From the NCBI GenBank assembly GCA_019561615.1, contig JAHEQA010000032.1, forward strand, positions 1 to 54,994: a DNA stretch of 54,994 nt, written 5' to 3'. This document shows positions 24,756 to 38,304 of this stretch, in pieces. Numbering within the stretch: the first letter of the stretch is position 1; each line of letters opens with the position of its first letter. The stretch comes from Methanothermococcus sp. SCGC AD-155-E23 (GTDB lineage: Archaea > AGJL01 > Methanococci > Methanococcales > Methanococcaceae). The notes beneath the pieces were generated by a model that searched no databases, had not been told where the DNA came from, and saw only the letters and a program-made list of their open reading frames with translations. The position numbers were made by a program, and so were the translations under genes.

Positions 24756-26003
24756 ATGTTTCTAACTATGGACGATTTTGATTTTAGAGGTAAGAGGATA
24801 GCTCTAAGGGTAGACATAAACAGTCCCATGGATGTTAGCAACTACACCATCCTAGAGGATACAAGGATAAGGGCCTGTAAAGATACCATAGAGGAGTTAT
24901 CCAATGAGGGGGCAAAGGTAGTTATACTGGCACATCAGAGTAGACCTGGGAAGAAGGATTTCACACCTCTCTATCCCCATGCCAAAAGGTTATCCAGGGT
25001 TTTAGGTAGGAATGTGGAGTACGTAGACGATCTTTTTGGTTCCCATGCCCTAAACACCATAGAGAGGATGGAGGAGGGGGATATTGTACTACTGGAGAAT
25101 GTGAGGTTCTACGCCGAGGAGGTTATGAGGGAGTGGAATACCTGGGATGACTCCATTCCAAAGAGGCAGGGTAAAACCCTCATGATAAGAAAGTTGTACC
25201 CCTACTTCGACTACTTTATAAACGATGCATTTGCAGCTGCACATAGGGCCCAGCCATCCCTAGTAGGTCTAGCCTACTACATGCCTGCAGTTGCCGGGAG
25301 GATTATGGAGAGGGAGATAAGAATCCTTAGTAAGATCCTGGAGGATCCTGAGAAACCCTCTATTTATATACTTGGAGGGGCCAAGGCCGAGGACAGCATA
25401 GAGGTTATAAAGAATGTACTTGGAAACAACTCTGCAGATAAGGTGTTGACAACTGGGATTGTAGCAAACATCTTCCTTATAGCCAGGGGTTACGACCTAG
25501 GACCTAACAGAGATACCCTTGTAGAGATGGGGTACTCCCACTTAATAGATGTTGCAAGGGATCTTCTGGACACCTATGGGGAGAGGATAGAGGTACCTGT
25601 GGATGTGGCACTGAATGTAAATGGGGAGAGGAAGGAGGTGAAGTTAAAGATGGGGGAGAGGATTGAATATCCCATCTACGATATAGGGAGTGAAACTATC
25701 GAGTACTACGACGGCATAATAAGGGAGGCCAGAACCATAGTTGCCAACGGTCCTGCAGGTGTCTTTGAGAACAGGAAATTCTTAAAGGGTACTGCAGAGA
25801 TATTGAAAAGTATAGCTAGATCCAGGGCATTTAAGGTTATAGGGGGAGGTCATCTATCGGCAGCTGCCAGTATCATCGGTGTTGCAGATAAGATAGACCA
25901 TATAAGTACAGGGGGAGGAGCCTGTATCCAATTCCTTGCTGGAAAGAAACTACCTGTTATAGAGGTGTTGAAGAAGTCCTACAGGGAGTACACCGTAAGG
26001 TAG
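24756..26003 (+). CDS. pgk: Phosphoglycerate kinase
   Basis: [46 protein letters not shown]. Confidence 0.97.
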   Translation: MFLTMDDFDFRGKRIALRVDINSPMDVSNYTILEDTRIRACKDTIEELSNEGAKVVILAHQSRPGKKDFTPLYPHAKRLSRVLGRNVEYVDDLFGSHALNTIERMEEGDIVLLENVRFYAEEVMREWNTWDDSIPKRQGKTLMIRKLYPYFDYFINDAFAAAHRAQPSLVGLAYYMPAVAGRIMEREIRILSKILEDPEKPSIYILGGAKAEDSIEVIKNVLGNNSADKVLTTGIVANIFLIARGYDLGPNRDTLVEMGYSHLIDVARDLLDTYGERIEVPVDVALNVNGERKEVKLKMGERIEYPIYDIGSETIEYYDGIIREARTIVANGPAGVFENRKFLKGTAEILKSIARSRAFKVIGGGHLSAAASIIGVADKIDHISTGGGACIQFLAGKKLPVIEVLKKSYREYTVR

Positions 26004-26764
26004 GACTTCAGTATACCTAGGTAGGTTTTCACAAGTAACTCCAGGAGGTTCTCTCCGTAATAGAGGGAGTACTGGTATATCATCCAATCTATAGGCTCCA
26101 GGAGGGCTGCAAGCCCAATAAGTATCAGGGCCATAGTTACCTTCAGGATGGTATCCTCGGTGAAGATCCCCTTACTAGATTGGGAGTACTCCAAAGGTAG
26201 TATCCTCTCTGCAAGGGTGAGGCCTGTCACTATGGAGAGGGCTAGGCCGGCAAACTCAAAGATTCCATGGGGCACTATAACAACAAGATGCTCCATACTT
26301 AATCTGTATCCCAGGACACCGGTGAAGGGATTTACAACTGTTACTAGATAGAGTAACATAAGGGCATCTATGTAATCCTCGAGGGCCTTAGGATCTTCTT
26401 TAACCTCTCTCCTGTAGAGGTAGGCTAGAAGGATATAGGCCAGGAGGATAACTAAACAGGAGATGGAGTTATTTAAAAAGTAGGTTAGTGCAATGGATAG
26501 ATAGCTATGATCTACCTGGGAGGAAATAGAGGAGGACAATACCTCAAATTTCTTACTGGCTATATACTCCACAGTTTTCATAACACCCTCTGGGTTGGAG
26601 GGTTTTAGAAAAGAGGAGAGAAATAACACCACCTTGGAGAGCACAATTACAGAGAGGAAGCTGATCCAACACCCAAGGTAGGTAATAAAAAATTTCTTAG
26701 TAAAATTCATCCTTAGAAAGTTGAGAAAGATATTCCTTAAAGTTTGTTGTATTCCCTTTAACAT
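25979..26764 (-). CDS. Stage II sporulation protein M (DUF95) family membrane protein
   Basis: Multiple TMs; YFLNNS, PHGIFE and AALLE motifs. Confidence 0.8.
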   Translation of the reverse strand: MLKGIQQTLRNIFLNFLRMNFTKKFFITYLGCWISFLSVIVLSKVVLFLSSFLKPSNPEGVMKTVEYIASKKFEVLSSSISSQVDHSYLSIALTYFLNNSISCLVILLAYILLAYLYRREVKEDPKALEDYIDALMLLYLVTVVNPFTGVLGYRLSMEHLVVIVPHGIFEFAGLALSIVTGLTLAERILPLEYSQSSKGIFTEDTILKVTMALILIGLAALLEPIDWMIYQYSLYYGENLLELLVKTYLGILKSYLTVYSL

Positions 26765-26768
26765 TTCC

Positions 26769-28481
26769 CTACCTCTTCCTTAAGAACCTTTCACACTCTT
26801 TAACGTCACTCTCAGTTGGGGGTATGTCACCGTAGTAGGTCCTCTCAAATATCTCTGTAATAGTCTTTATCCCTGGGACATTCCTAAACCTTCTACATAT
26901 CTCCCTGGGTGTCCAGGATTTTTTAATATTTAGAGGCTTTATAAAAAGTTGATAGGCCAGGATTACAGCCTCCCTGAACATCCTCCTCTCCACCAGTTTG
27001 GAAAATAGGGGAGGTATACTTATTTTAGGACTTCCTCCTGCATCTCCACCTTCCCCTTTCTCTCCTGATCTGTATCTATCCCAGTAGATTTTTACTGCAG
27101 CTAGGAGTAGTATGAAAGTAAGGAGGAGTAGAGGTAGATTACCCCCTGAACTCCATCCCCTCACTAGTATACCTTCATACCTTAGATCCTTGGAGGAAGG
27201 GGCGTACTTTCTATCCCCCCTGAATACAACATACCCCTCTTTAAATTTAGATATACTGAATCTAAAGCTACCATTCTCTGTTGTAGTACTGTAGGTGTTG
27301 TTGCCAACAATTAGATATACCCTCTTACTATCCAGGGGTTTGCCCCTAAAGTCGTAGAGGTTACCAAGGAGGCTATTGTTACAGTAGTGTGCAGTTATAT
27401 ATGTGGGGATCCTCAAGACTTTTATATACATTCTCTCTTTAGAGGGGCTGTAGTTACTGTCACCCTTGAATACCACCTCTAGGGGGAGGGTCCTGTTAAC
27501 GTATCCTATGTATCTGTCATCTAGTTTAACCCTTAGTTTCAAGGGTGTTTTATAACTGTACTCCCCCTCTGGATACTTTATATAGATGGTTTTATTTTCC
27601 AGAGGATTTCCATAGTAGTCGTAGAGGTACACATCTAAGTAGATCTCCTCTTCAAGGTGGGCTGTTAAGTTACCCTTAGGGTAGACCTCTATATAGGTTG
27701 GGATCTTTAAACACTTTATTGTTACCTTGTTAGAGGGTCCAAAGGGAGATACCCCATAGAAGGTGTGATATCCTGGGGTTCTTATATAGATGTCCTTTGA
27801 GAAATTGTTGTCTCTTACCTCCACCACATAACTCTTGTTGTTGTGAAGGAGAATTATATACTTTACTGGATAGTTGATATATCCGTACACCCTTACCTTG
27901 GAGTTGAGGTAGATGGTATCTCTGTCCACATATAGAGAGAATCCTTTTTCTGGTTCTATACGCTTTAACTTCTCTGAGTATTTCTCTATATTTTTTAATA
28001 TCCTCTCTAGGTCCTCCCTAATCTCAGTGGTGTTGAATTTTAACACCTTCCCCTCCCTATCCCTTAGTCTTATCTCCTCTATCTCATCTAGGCATTCCCT
28101 GAGAGTTATTATATTTTCTGATACATTTTCTAAAGATACTTTAAAGATGGAGAAATCTTGAGGGTTCTTAATGTTCCTGTGTTCTATCATCCTGTTGTAG
28201 TTCAGTACTATGTTATTTAGAGATGTTAAGAAGGTTTTAAAAGGTGGTGATACCTCCAGAAGTTTATGGTCAATACCCCGCCTCTTCAGGTCCTCTGTAA
28301 CGTTGAAAACTTCTGCAGATATTAATACCCCCTTCCTGTTGTAGGTGAGGTTTTGAAGACTTTCATGCCCTTTATCTATAAGGTGCTGAAAGTAGTGATG
28401 TATTAATTCATCCTCCCCAAATTGAGCCCCTAAAGTATTTGGAAGAAGGAGTAAAAAGATTAAAATTATTACCTTTCTCAT
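26769..28481 (-). CDS. Exported surface protein with Ig-like repeats, a TM and a C-terminal DUF4129-like domain
   Basis: Signal peptide; repeats (YDYYGNPLENK / YDFRGKPLDSK; FKGDSNYSPS / FRGDRKYAPS); TM; WTPRE...FERTYYG. Confidence 0.78.
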   Translation of the reverse strand: MRKVIILIFLLLLPNTLGAQFGEDELIHHYFQHLIDKGHESLQNLTYNRKGVLISAEVFNVTEDLKRRGIDHKLLEVSPPFKTFLTSLNNIVLNYNRMIEHRNIKNPQDFSIFKVSLENVSENIITLRECLDEIEEIRLRDREGKVLKFNTTEIREDLERILKNIEKYSEKLKRIEPEKGFSLYVDRDTIYLNSKVRVYGYINYPVKYIILLHNNKSYVVEVRDNNFSKDIYIRTPGYHTFYGVSPFGPSNKVTIKCLKIPTYIEVYPKGNLTAHLEEEIYLDVYLYDYYGNPLENKTIYIKYPEGEYSYKTPLKLRVKLDDRYIGYVNRTLPLEVVFKGDSNYSPSKERMYIKVLRIPTYITAHYCNNSLLGNLYDFRGKPLDSKRVYLIVGNNTYSTTTENGSFRFSISKFKEGYVVFRGDRKYAPSSKDLRYEGILVRGWSSGGNLPLLLLTFILLLAAVKIYWDRYRSGEKGEGGDAGGSPKISIPPLFSKLVERRMFREAVILAYQLFIKPLNIKKSWTPREICRRFRNVPGIKTITEIFERTYYGDIPPTESDVKECERFLRKR

Positions 28482-28522
28482 TTCTTCACCTGGTATCTAC
28501 TCAGTAGTAATTAGGGGATAGG

Positions 28523-29435
28523 ATGGAGAGTATAGAGAAGGATTTACTTTTAAAGGATATCTATGAAAGGATTAGGGAGATACGTAGGGAGTTAAAGTTA
28601 AAGGATGTGGATTTTGAGATCCTGGATGTGGAGGTGGTGTATCAGAAGGGGGAGACACTTTTAAACCTCTACGTTCTATCAAGGTCTGACAAGTCTACAG
28701 TGATAGGACCTGGGGGTTGGGTTGTAGGGAGGTTAAGGGAGTATCTAAGGGATAGATTTCCTGGAGATTTAAATTGTAGATACCTATATAGACAGGGTTA
28801 TTATTAGGAGGAGGGAGGAGAGGGCCCTCTCTCTTCTGGAAGGTCTAGGGTTGAGAAGGGGAGAGGAGGTCCTTGTACTTGTCCAGTGTTCCTATGACTT
28901 AGGGGTCTTAGACTTTTTAAGGAAGTGCTTTAAGGTGTTTGCAGTATCCCTGGATATTGGTTCTGTAGTACTTCCACCTAGGAACAGGAAGTTGATAGAG
29001 GACTACCTTTTAAAGTACAAGGTGCCCTATAAATTTTTAAGTCCTCTGGAGTTAAAGGGAGGGGACATAGGAAGGGTGTTAGATAGCTACCCCTGTGATC
29101 TATGTAACAGGGTTGTATCTAAGTACCTTGTAGAGGAGTGTAGGGAAAGGGGTATAGGGTATCTAATAAACAACCACATAGAGGGGGAGGTGAAGAGGGT
29201 TAAAGATGTATACCTCATAAATTTTTTAAAGTTGTACCCCTTAAAGAGAGATATCCTAAGGAGGGAGTATCCCTACTTAAAGTGCCCCCTGATGCTACAG
29301 GCCCTCATGAGAAATAGGGAGTTAAGGGTTAAGATGATAGGAGAGGTAGTATCTCAGGTTTACGAGGGTCTTATGGAACCTGGTATAGGTGCAGAGGTTA
29401 TAATGGAGATAGGGAGACTGGGAAAGAGAGAATAA
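28523..29435 (+). pseudogene. KH-domain plus degenerate PP-loop protein, frameshifted near 28770 (one gene split into two ORFs)
   Basis: DKSTVIGPGGWVVGRLRE (KH GxxG). The +1 frame from 28773 (IVDTYIDRVIIRRRE...) runs open into the 28851-29435 ORF with YPCDLC and KCPL. Confidence 0.75.
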
Positions 29436-29450
29436 TTAACAGGTGAGTAG

Positions 29451-30605
<1,155 letters not shown>

Positions 30606-30612
30606 TAGTTTA

Positions 30613-30673
30613 AGGCATCAGAATTAGAAGTTTCTCATCTCCTCTCAGCCGGGGACAACTTCATCATCTGCCT
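30613..30673 (-). ncRNA. C/D-box guide sRNA
   Basis: AGGCA-G-ATGATGA(C)-AGTTGTCCCCGG-CTGA(D')-GAGGA-GATGAGA(C')-AACTTCTAATT-CTGA(D)-TGCCT, with a 5-bp terminal stem and canonical spacing. Confidence 0.9.
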
Positions 30674-30674
30674 C

Positions 30675-31208
30675 TTAGCTAGGTATGTAATCCTCTAAAA
30701 CATTGACAATATCTCCTATTAATTTTTTCTCACTTACAGGTTCTAACTCAAAGTTGGATCTAACGATGGCGTAGAAGATGACACCGTCCACCACTATAGG
30801 AATAATATGGATGTAGTAGTCCTCAAATTTGATAGATATCCTTTTGGGTATATGCTTTGATATCCTGCATATCTGTTGGAAGAGGGCGCTGTAATTTGCA
30901 GCTATCTCCTCCGGATCTTTAATAGTAGATACTATGGGAAGACCCTCTTCAGAGGTTATAGTTATACTACTTACGTCATTTTCCAGTGCAACCTCTAGGA
31001 GATCGAATTTATCAGATAGGGTCTCCTCACCGATACTCTCGGTGGTGTACTTCTTCAACTCCAGTAAACTGCTAACAATTTCCTCTTCAAGTTTCTCCTT
31101 TTCCAACATTCTCTCTCTTTCTTTCTTAAGTTGGTAGAGATACCATCCCACTATTACAAGTACTAACCCTATAAAAAAGGACAGGAGAAAGAAAAGGATA
31201 GGGTCCAT
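30675..31208 (-). CDS. Membrane-anchored protein with a Roadblock/profilin-like C-terminal domain
   Basis: N-terminal TM, charged helix, then SSITITSEEGLPIVST..EEIAANYSALF (Roadblock/LC7-like pattern). Confidence 0.65.
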   Translation of the reverse strand: MDPILFFLLSFFIGLVLVIVGWYLYQLKKERERMLEKEKLEEEIVSSLLELKKYTTESIGEETLSDKFDLLEVALENDVSSITITSEEGLPIVSTIKDPEEIAANYSALFQQICRISKHIPKRISIKFEDYYIHIIPIVVDGVIFYAIVRSNFELEPVSEKKLIGDIVNVLEDYIPS

Positions 31209-31225
31209 AATAACACCTTTGATCT

Positions 31226-32404
31226 TTAAACTATCTCCACCTCTACATTTGGATGTATATCTATAACGTACTGAGATATTATATTTTCTATGTCCTCCTT
31301 AATCTTTTCTGCATCTATGGGCTTAAACAGCCTTCCACGATAAAGTATAAGTTTAAAGAAGGGTGCAGGCTTTATCTTCACCTTACAGTCACAGTAGTAT
31401 CCATCCCTGTAGTATACCTCTAAATCTACCTCAAAATCCTCTACCTCTTTACAATTCTTCAAGTAAGACACTATCTTTTCCTCAAGATCTTTTCTAATAC
31501 CCTCTAACTCCTCGGGAGATGGTTCAAAGACACTCTTTATAATCCTCTCTATAGACTCCTCATCTGGCAGTGTAATGTTAAGTTTCTTTAAAAGCTCCTC
31601 CTTATCAAGGACTATATTCTCCTCCTGGATAACTTCCTCTTCACCTTCCTCCTCAGTACTTTCAACACCCTCCTCCTCCCTCTCCAGTGATTCAATATCT
31701 ACTAAGGCCATCTCTGGATAGTAGTCTAAGAGAATCTCTACCTTATCCCTGTTGTATTCAAAGATATCCACCACTATGTCTGGGGAATCTAGAAGTTTTT
31801 TAATCATCTTACATGCCTCTTTACCAAAGAGAACTTTACCGTTGTGCTCGTAGGCAGCTAGTATCGGGGTCTTATCCTTGTATACCACATAACCTTTCTT
31901 ATACCCCTCCTCATCCTTCTTAAATATCTCCACAAGGGTATACCCCTCTAGATACTCCTTGTAATCCCTCCCTACATTCATCTTCAAAGGCTTACCTTCA
32001 GGTATGGTTAAGACTATGTCGTAGTAGGGGAGATGCTCTTCATCTTCTACCTCTTTCTCAGCAACCTCTTCATCCCTATCAACAAATATCTCCCTGTATA
32101 TATCCCTCATAGTGTTTAACTTCTCCAAGGTGTACTCGTATACCTCTATAAGGGGTCTATCTCTCTTCATCTTTTCTATGTACTCCTTGGCCCTCTCTCC
32201 AAAGGCCTCAATATCTCCGTAGTTGTAGTAGTAGCCAACGGTAACCCCTCCCTTCAGGAAGATATACCCCTCTTCAAAACTATTCTCCCTCTTTATGGAA
32301 AGTTTGATATATCCAGTGAAATTCTTTAACTCCCTTAGAATCTCATCAACATCTCCATCTTCCACAATTTTGATTAAATTTCCCTCTATAACCTGTACAG
32401 CCAT
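31226..32404 (-). CDS. DUF2226-like protein (two internal repeats, acidic linker, C-terminal domain)
   Basis: Repeat 1 [27 protein letters not shown]; repeat 2 [27 protein letters not shown]. Confidence 0.7.
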   Translation of the reverse strand: MAVQVIEGNLIKIVEDGDVDEILRELKNFTGYIKLSIKRENSFEEGYIFLKGGVTVGYYYNYGDIEAFGERAKEYIEKMKRDRPLIEVYEYTLEKLNTMRDIYREIFVDRDEEVAEKEVEDEEHLPYYDIVLTIPEGKPLKMNVGRDYKEYLEGYTLVEIFKKDEEGYKKGYVVYKDKTPILAAYEHNGKVLFGKEACKMIKKLLDSPDIVVDIFEYNRDKVEILLDYYPEMALVDIESLEREEEGVESTEEEGEEEVIQEENIVLDKEELLKKLNITLPDEESIERIIKSVFEPSPEELEGIRKDLEEKIVSYLKNCKEVEDFEVDLEVYYRDGYYCDCKVKIKPAPFFKLILYRGRLFKPIDAEKIKEDIENIISQYVIDIHPNVEVEIV

Positions 32405-32500
32405 AACCATCCCTCAAAGGTGAAAATTTTAAATTTTAAGTTTAGTATATCTCTTATATTATTTATCCTTATCTGCAAAAAAGGAGAAAATGGTAAAATT

Positions 32501-33154
32501 ATGGAGATAGGGGTGACGTTAATAGCCCACAACAGGGTAGGTATCCTTCACAGGGTGACAGGTATCATCTCCAAGTTAGGAGGCAATATAACCTATACAC
32601 AGCAGTTTATAAGGAAGGACGGTACTGGACTTATCTATATGGAGATTGAAAATATAGAGGACAGTGACACTTTGCTAAATACCTTGAGGGATTTAGAGGG
32701 GATATTGGAGGTGGAAATTCACTCCACACTTAAGAAGATCTTTGGAAAGAGGATAATAATAATTGGAGGGGGTGCCCAGGTCTCCCAGGTTGCCCTGGGA
32801 GCTATAATAGAGGCAGATAGACATAACATCCGAGGGGAGAGGATAAGTGTAGACACCATCCCTATAGTTGGAGAGGAGAACATAGCCAACGCTGTACTCT
32901 CCGTTGAGAAACTTCCAAGGGCTGGGTTGTTAGTCCTTGCCGGCTCCTTGATGGGTGGAAAGATAACTGAGGCCATTAAGAGACTTAAGGAGAGAACTGG
33001 TATCTATGTTATCTCCCTAAAGATGTTTGGCAGTGTTCCCAAGGTTGTGGACCTTGTAGTTACAGACCCTGTCCAGGCTGGAGTAATAGCCGTTATGACC
33101 GTTGCAGAGACTGCAAAATTTGATATAAACAAGGTCAAGGGAAAGGTTATATAA
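32501..33154 (+). CDS. ACT-domain protein (COG2150/DUF5612-like)
   Basis: [18 protein letters not shown] domain; [38 protein letters not shown]. Confidence 0.85.
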   Translation: MEIGVTLIAHNRVGILHRVTGIISKLGGNITYTQQFIRKDGTGLIYMEIENIEDSDTLLNTLRDLEGILEVEIHSTLKKIFGKRIIIIGGGAQVSQVALGAIIEADRHNIRGERISVDTIPIVGEENIANAVLSVEKLPRAGLLVLAGSLMGGKITEAIKRLKERTGIYVISLKMFGSVPKVVDLVVTDPVQAGVIAVMTVAETAKFDINKVKGKVI

Positions 33155-33780
33155 TGAAGGTATACCTAGTAGGAGTAGGGCCTGGAAGTAGGGAGTACCT
33201 TACTCTGAAGGCTATAGATACTGTAAGAGAGGCTGATGTTGTCGTTGGTAGTAGAAGGGCTCTGGAACTCTTCAAGGTTGAAGGGGATAGAAGATATGTT
33301 CTATCCAGGGATGTTGTAGGTGATTTGAGAAAGGTGATAGAGTACTGTAGAAGGGAGGGGAAAAGTGTTGCAGTACTATCAACTGGAGATCCCTGTTTCA
33401 GTGGACTGTTAAAGACCCTAATAAAGTACAGGGTATTGAGGGAGGAGGAGATAGAGGTTATACCAGGTATTTCCTCCATCCAGGTTGCAGCCTCTAGACT
33501 TAAAATATCCTGGGAGGATTACCAGATAGTTACCCTACATGGAAAGGAGGAGAATAGGAAGATACTGTTGGATCTTGTTAAAAGTAATGAGAGGGTGATA
33601 TTCCTACCTGCTAATCTCAAAGAGGATGTAAGGTATCTAATAGAAAATGGAGTGGATGAAAATAGAGAGATAGTGATATGTGAAAATTTAACCTATCCCA
33701 ACGAGAGGATAGTAAGGTGTAAGTTAAAGGATGTTCTAAATCTAGATCTCTCCTATCTGGTGGTATGTGTTATAGGATAA
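33154..33780 (+). CDS. cbiE: Cobalt-precorrin-7 C5-methyltransferase
   Basis: [38 protein letters not shown]. Confidence 0.9.
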   Translation: MKVYLVGVGPGSREYLTLKAIDTVREADVVVGSRRALELFKVEGDRRYVLSRDVVGDLRKVIEYCRREGKSVAVLSTGDPCFSGLLKTLIKYRVLREEEIEVIPGISSIQVAASRLKISWEDYQIVTLHGKEENRKILLDLVKSNERVIFLPANLKEDVRYLIENGVDENREIVICENLTYPNERIVRCKLKDVLNLDLSYLVVCVIG

Positions 33781-33791
33781 AAGGTGATTTT

Positions 33792-34094
33792 ATGGATGTA
33801 CTTCAATTCCTACCAGATCTAGGTGTGGGATTTATAGGTGGATTTATTATAGGATGGGGAGTAAAGGTAGCCCTCAAGATAGTCGCCGCCCTATTAGCCC
33901 TCTATATCTTAAGTCTCCTCTATCTTGCAAAACTAGGTGTGATTACCATAAACAGAGATGCACTTTTAGGACTCTTGGGAGTTATGGAAAGTTCCCTTGT
34001 CTCCTTTGGTGGTCAGATAGTGGGGCTGATCCACTCTATCTCCCTAGGTGCAGGGTTTGTGGCAGGGTTTATAATGGGGTTTAAAAAGGGGTAA
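33792..34094 (+). CDS. FUN14-family membrane protein
   Basis: [16 protein letters not shown]...GVITIN...[13 protein letters not shown]; GGTGA RBS. Confidence 0.82.
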   Translation: MDVLQFLPDLGVGFIGGFIIGWGVKVALKIVAALLALYILSLLYLAKLGVITINRDALLGLLGVMESSLVSFGGQIVGLIHSISLGAGFVAGFIMGFKKG

Positions 34095-34098
34095 AACC

Positions 34099-35920
<1,822 letters not shown>

Positions 35921-36029
35921 ATCTCTCCTCCTCTTGTTATTATTTGACAAAATATTTAAATATATTGGAATTGTTATTAATAATTACTATTGTAGCCCCC
36001 ATTATAAATACTTAAAAGGTGGTCCTTTT

Positions 36030-36935
36030 ATGGACCTAACAGTGATTCAGAAGGAGATACTTCAGGAGTTAATCAACATCTACGAGGAAAAGAATAGACC
36101 TGTCAAGGGAACTGAGATAGCAAAGAGACTAAATAGAAACCCGGGGACTATTAGGAATCAGATGCAGGCCTTGAAGGCTCTAAATCTAGTAGATGGGGTA
36201 CCTGGACCTAGGGGGGGATACATACCAACAAGTAATACCTACAGGGCTCTAGGTTTAACCTATAAGGATACCATAGAGATACCTATATACAAGGGGGATA
36301 AAAAGGTTGAGGGTGTTTGTGTCGAGAAGATAATCTTTGACACTGTAGCCCATGAGAAGGCCTGCTCCTCCATGATACAGATAAGGGGGGATACAAGGTT
36401 ATTCAAGGAGGGGGATATAATAAGGGTAGGTCCCACCTATCACAACAAGATAGTTGTATTTGGTAAGGTTACAGGGAGGGACGATATAAATCACATACTC
36501 CTTATAGATGTTATGGGGGTTGCAAGTGTCCCAAATATAAAAGTGGAGGCTGTGGCTATAAAGGATAGGCTTATCTGGATAGAGCCTAGCACCAAGATAA
36601 AGGATACTGCCAAGATCCTCTACGAGAATAGAATAGGTGGGGTACCAGTTATCTCTGAGGGTAAGTTAGTTGGGGTATTTACCCATCACGACCTAGCCTA
36701 TGCAATATCTCAGGGCATGGAGAATGAGCCTGTAGAGAAGGTAATGGCAAGGAACCCCATCACCATAACCCCAGATAAAAAGATATACGACGCCCTCATG
36801 CTCATGGAGGAGAAGGGTGTTGGTAGATTGATAGTTGTAGATAAAAATGGAAAGGTAGTGGGTATTATTACCAAGACTGACGTTTTAAAGCTTATTGGAG
36901 GAGCACTCTTTAACAAGATATTGAAAACTACTTAA
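36030..36935 (+). CDS. HrcA-like wHTH plus CBS-domain transcriptional regulator (COG2524-like)
   Basis: QKEILQELI..KGTEIA..RNPGTIRNQMQAL..GPRGGY, plus a C-terminal CBS pair. Confidence 0.87.
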   Translation: MDLTVIQKEILQELINIYEEKNRPVKGTEIAKRLNRNPGTIRNQMQALKALNLVDGVPGPRGGYIPTSNTYRALGLTYKDTIEIPIYKGDKKVEGVCVEKIIFDTVAHEKACSSMIQIRGDTRLFKEGDIIRVGPTYHNKIVVFGKVTGRDDINHILLIDVMGVASVPNIKVEAVAIKDRLIWIEPSTKIKDTAKILYENRIGGVPVISEGKLVGVFTHHDLAYAISQGMENEPVEKVMARNPITITPDKKIYDALMLMEEKGVGRLIVVDKNGKVVGIITKTDVLKLIGGALFNKILKTT

Positions 36936-38205
36936 ATATACTCTCAGCTATCAAGAGGGCACATAGATCCCCACAGACACTACAGGCCTTCTCATTGGAA
37001 GAGGGTAACTCCTCCCTCATCTTCTTAGGTTTCTCCTTGTCAAAGGCCAGTTGGAACTGCCTCTCCCATAGGTGACGCTTTCTGGCAAGGGCCATCTCCC
37101 TCTCCATCTCCCAAGCTATCTTATTGCCCCTTGCAACATCTGCGGCCTGGGCTGCTATTTTAGTGGCGATAAGTCCCTCCTTCACATCCTCCTCCTTCAT
37201 AAGTCTCACATGTTCTGCAGGAGTTACATAACATAGAAAGTTTGCACCTGCATACCCGGCAAGAGCACCCCCTATAGCCGCTGTGATGTGGTCGTAGCCA
37301 GGTGCCATGTCAGTTACAACGGGACCAAGTACATAGAAGGGGGCATTCTTACAGATGGACTTCTGTAGTCTTACGTTACTCTCTATGTTGTTAAGGGGGA
37401 TATGTCCAGGACCCTCCACCATGGCCTGCACCCCAGCCTCCCTACACCTCTCCACAAGTTCCCCTAGTACTATTAGTTCATGTATCTGGGCTCTATCTGT
37501 GTTGTCACATAGACATCCAGGTCTCATACCATCTCCTAAACTTATAGTTACATCGTGCTCCTTAAGTATCTCCAGGAGGTAGTCGAAGTTTTCATAGAGT
37601 GGGTTCTCCCTCTCATGATGGATGATATAGGCCGCCAGAAATGCCCCTCCCCTACTTACTATCCCCATTATTCTATTACTTCTTCTTAAGGTCTCAACAG
37701 TCTCCCTGGTAATCCCACAGTGAAGGGTCATAAAGTCTACCCCCTCTTTCGCCTGCCTCTCTATAACCTTGAATATTAAATCCTCGTCCATATCCACTAC
37801 ACTTCCATACTTCTTCTTGGACTCAACCCCTACCTCATATATAGGTACAGTTCCCAGGGGTAGGCTTGTATGCTCCATAATCTTCTTCCTTATCTCAGGT
37901 AGATCTCCTCCAGTACTTAGATCCATTATGGCATCTGCACCGTATTCGTTGGCGATCTTTGTCTTCCTTATCTCCATATCAATATCTACACAGTCTGGAG
38001 ATGTTCCAATATTCACATTTACCTTTGTCCTCAACTCCTCTCCAATACCAACAGGTGTAGTATCCCTGTGGATATTCTTTGGAATAACAACGTATCCCTT
38101 AGCTATAAGCCTTCTCAGTCTTTCAGGATCTATCCTCTCCTTCCTGGCAACTTCTTTCATCTCCTCTGTTATTATCTTATTTTTGGCATCTGTCATCTGA
38201 GTCAT
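36928..38205 (-). CDS. thiC: Phosphomethylpyrimidine synthase
   Basis: KVNVNIGTS, MDLSTGG, GTVPIY, SRGG, SLGDGMRPG, EGPGH, CYVTPAEH, CSVCGDLC. Confidence 0.95.
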   Translation of the reverse strand: MTQMTDAKNKIITEEMKEVARKERIDPERLRRLIAKGYVVIPKNIHRDTTPVGIGEELRTKVNVNIGTSPDCVDIDMEIRKTKIANEYGADAIMDLSTGGDLPEIRKKIMEHTSLPLGTVPIYEVGVESKKKYGSVVDMDEDLIFKVIERQAKEGVDFMTLHCGITRETVETLRRSNRIMGIVSRGGAFLAAYIIHHERENPLYENFDYLLEILKEHDVTISLGDGMRPGCLCDNTDRAQIHELIVLGELVERCREAGVQAMVEGPGHIPLNNIESNVRLQKSICKNAPFYVLGPVVTDMAPGYDHITAAIGGALAGYAGANFLCYVTPAEHVRLMKEEDVKEGLIATKIAAQAADVARGNKIAWEMEREMALARKRHLWERQFQLAFDKEKPKKMREELPSSNEKACSVCGDLCALLIAESIFK

Positions 38206-38304
38206 AGAGATCACCGTGATAAAAGTTATTAAGAGGGGCACAGTTATAACTTTTATATTAATATTTTTGGATATAAATATTATTAGAACTTAAACGGTGA
38301 GGAG

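Noticed and set aside
28766-28776. T TTA AAT slippery heptamer as a programmed -1 frameshift
   Set aside because: The downstream coding frame is +1, not -1, and I saw no stimulatory structure.
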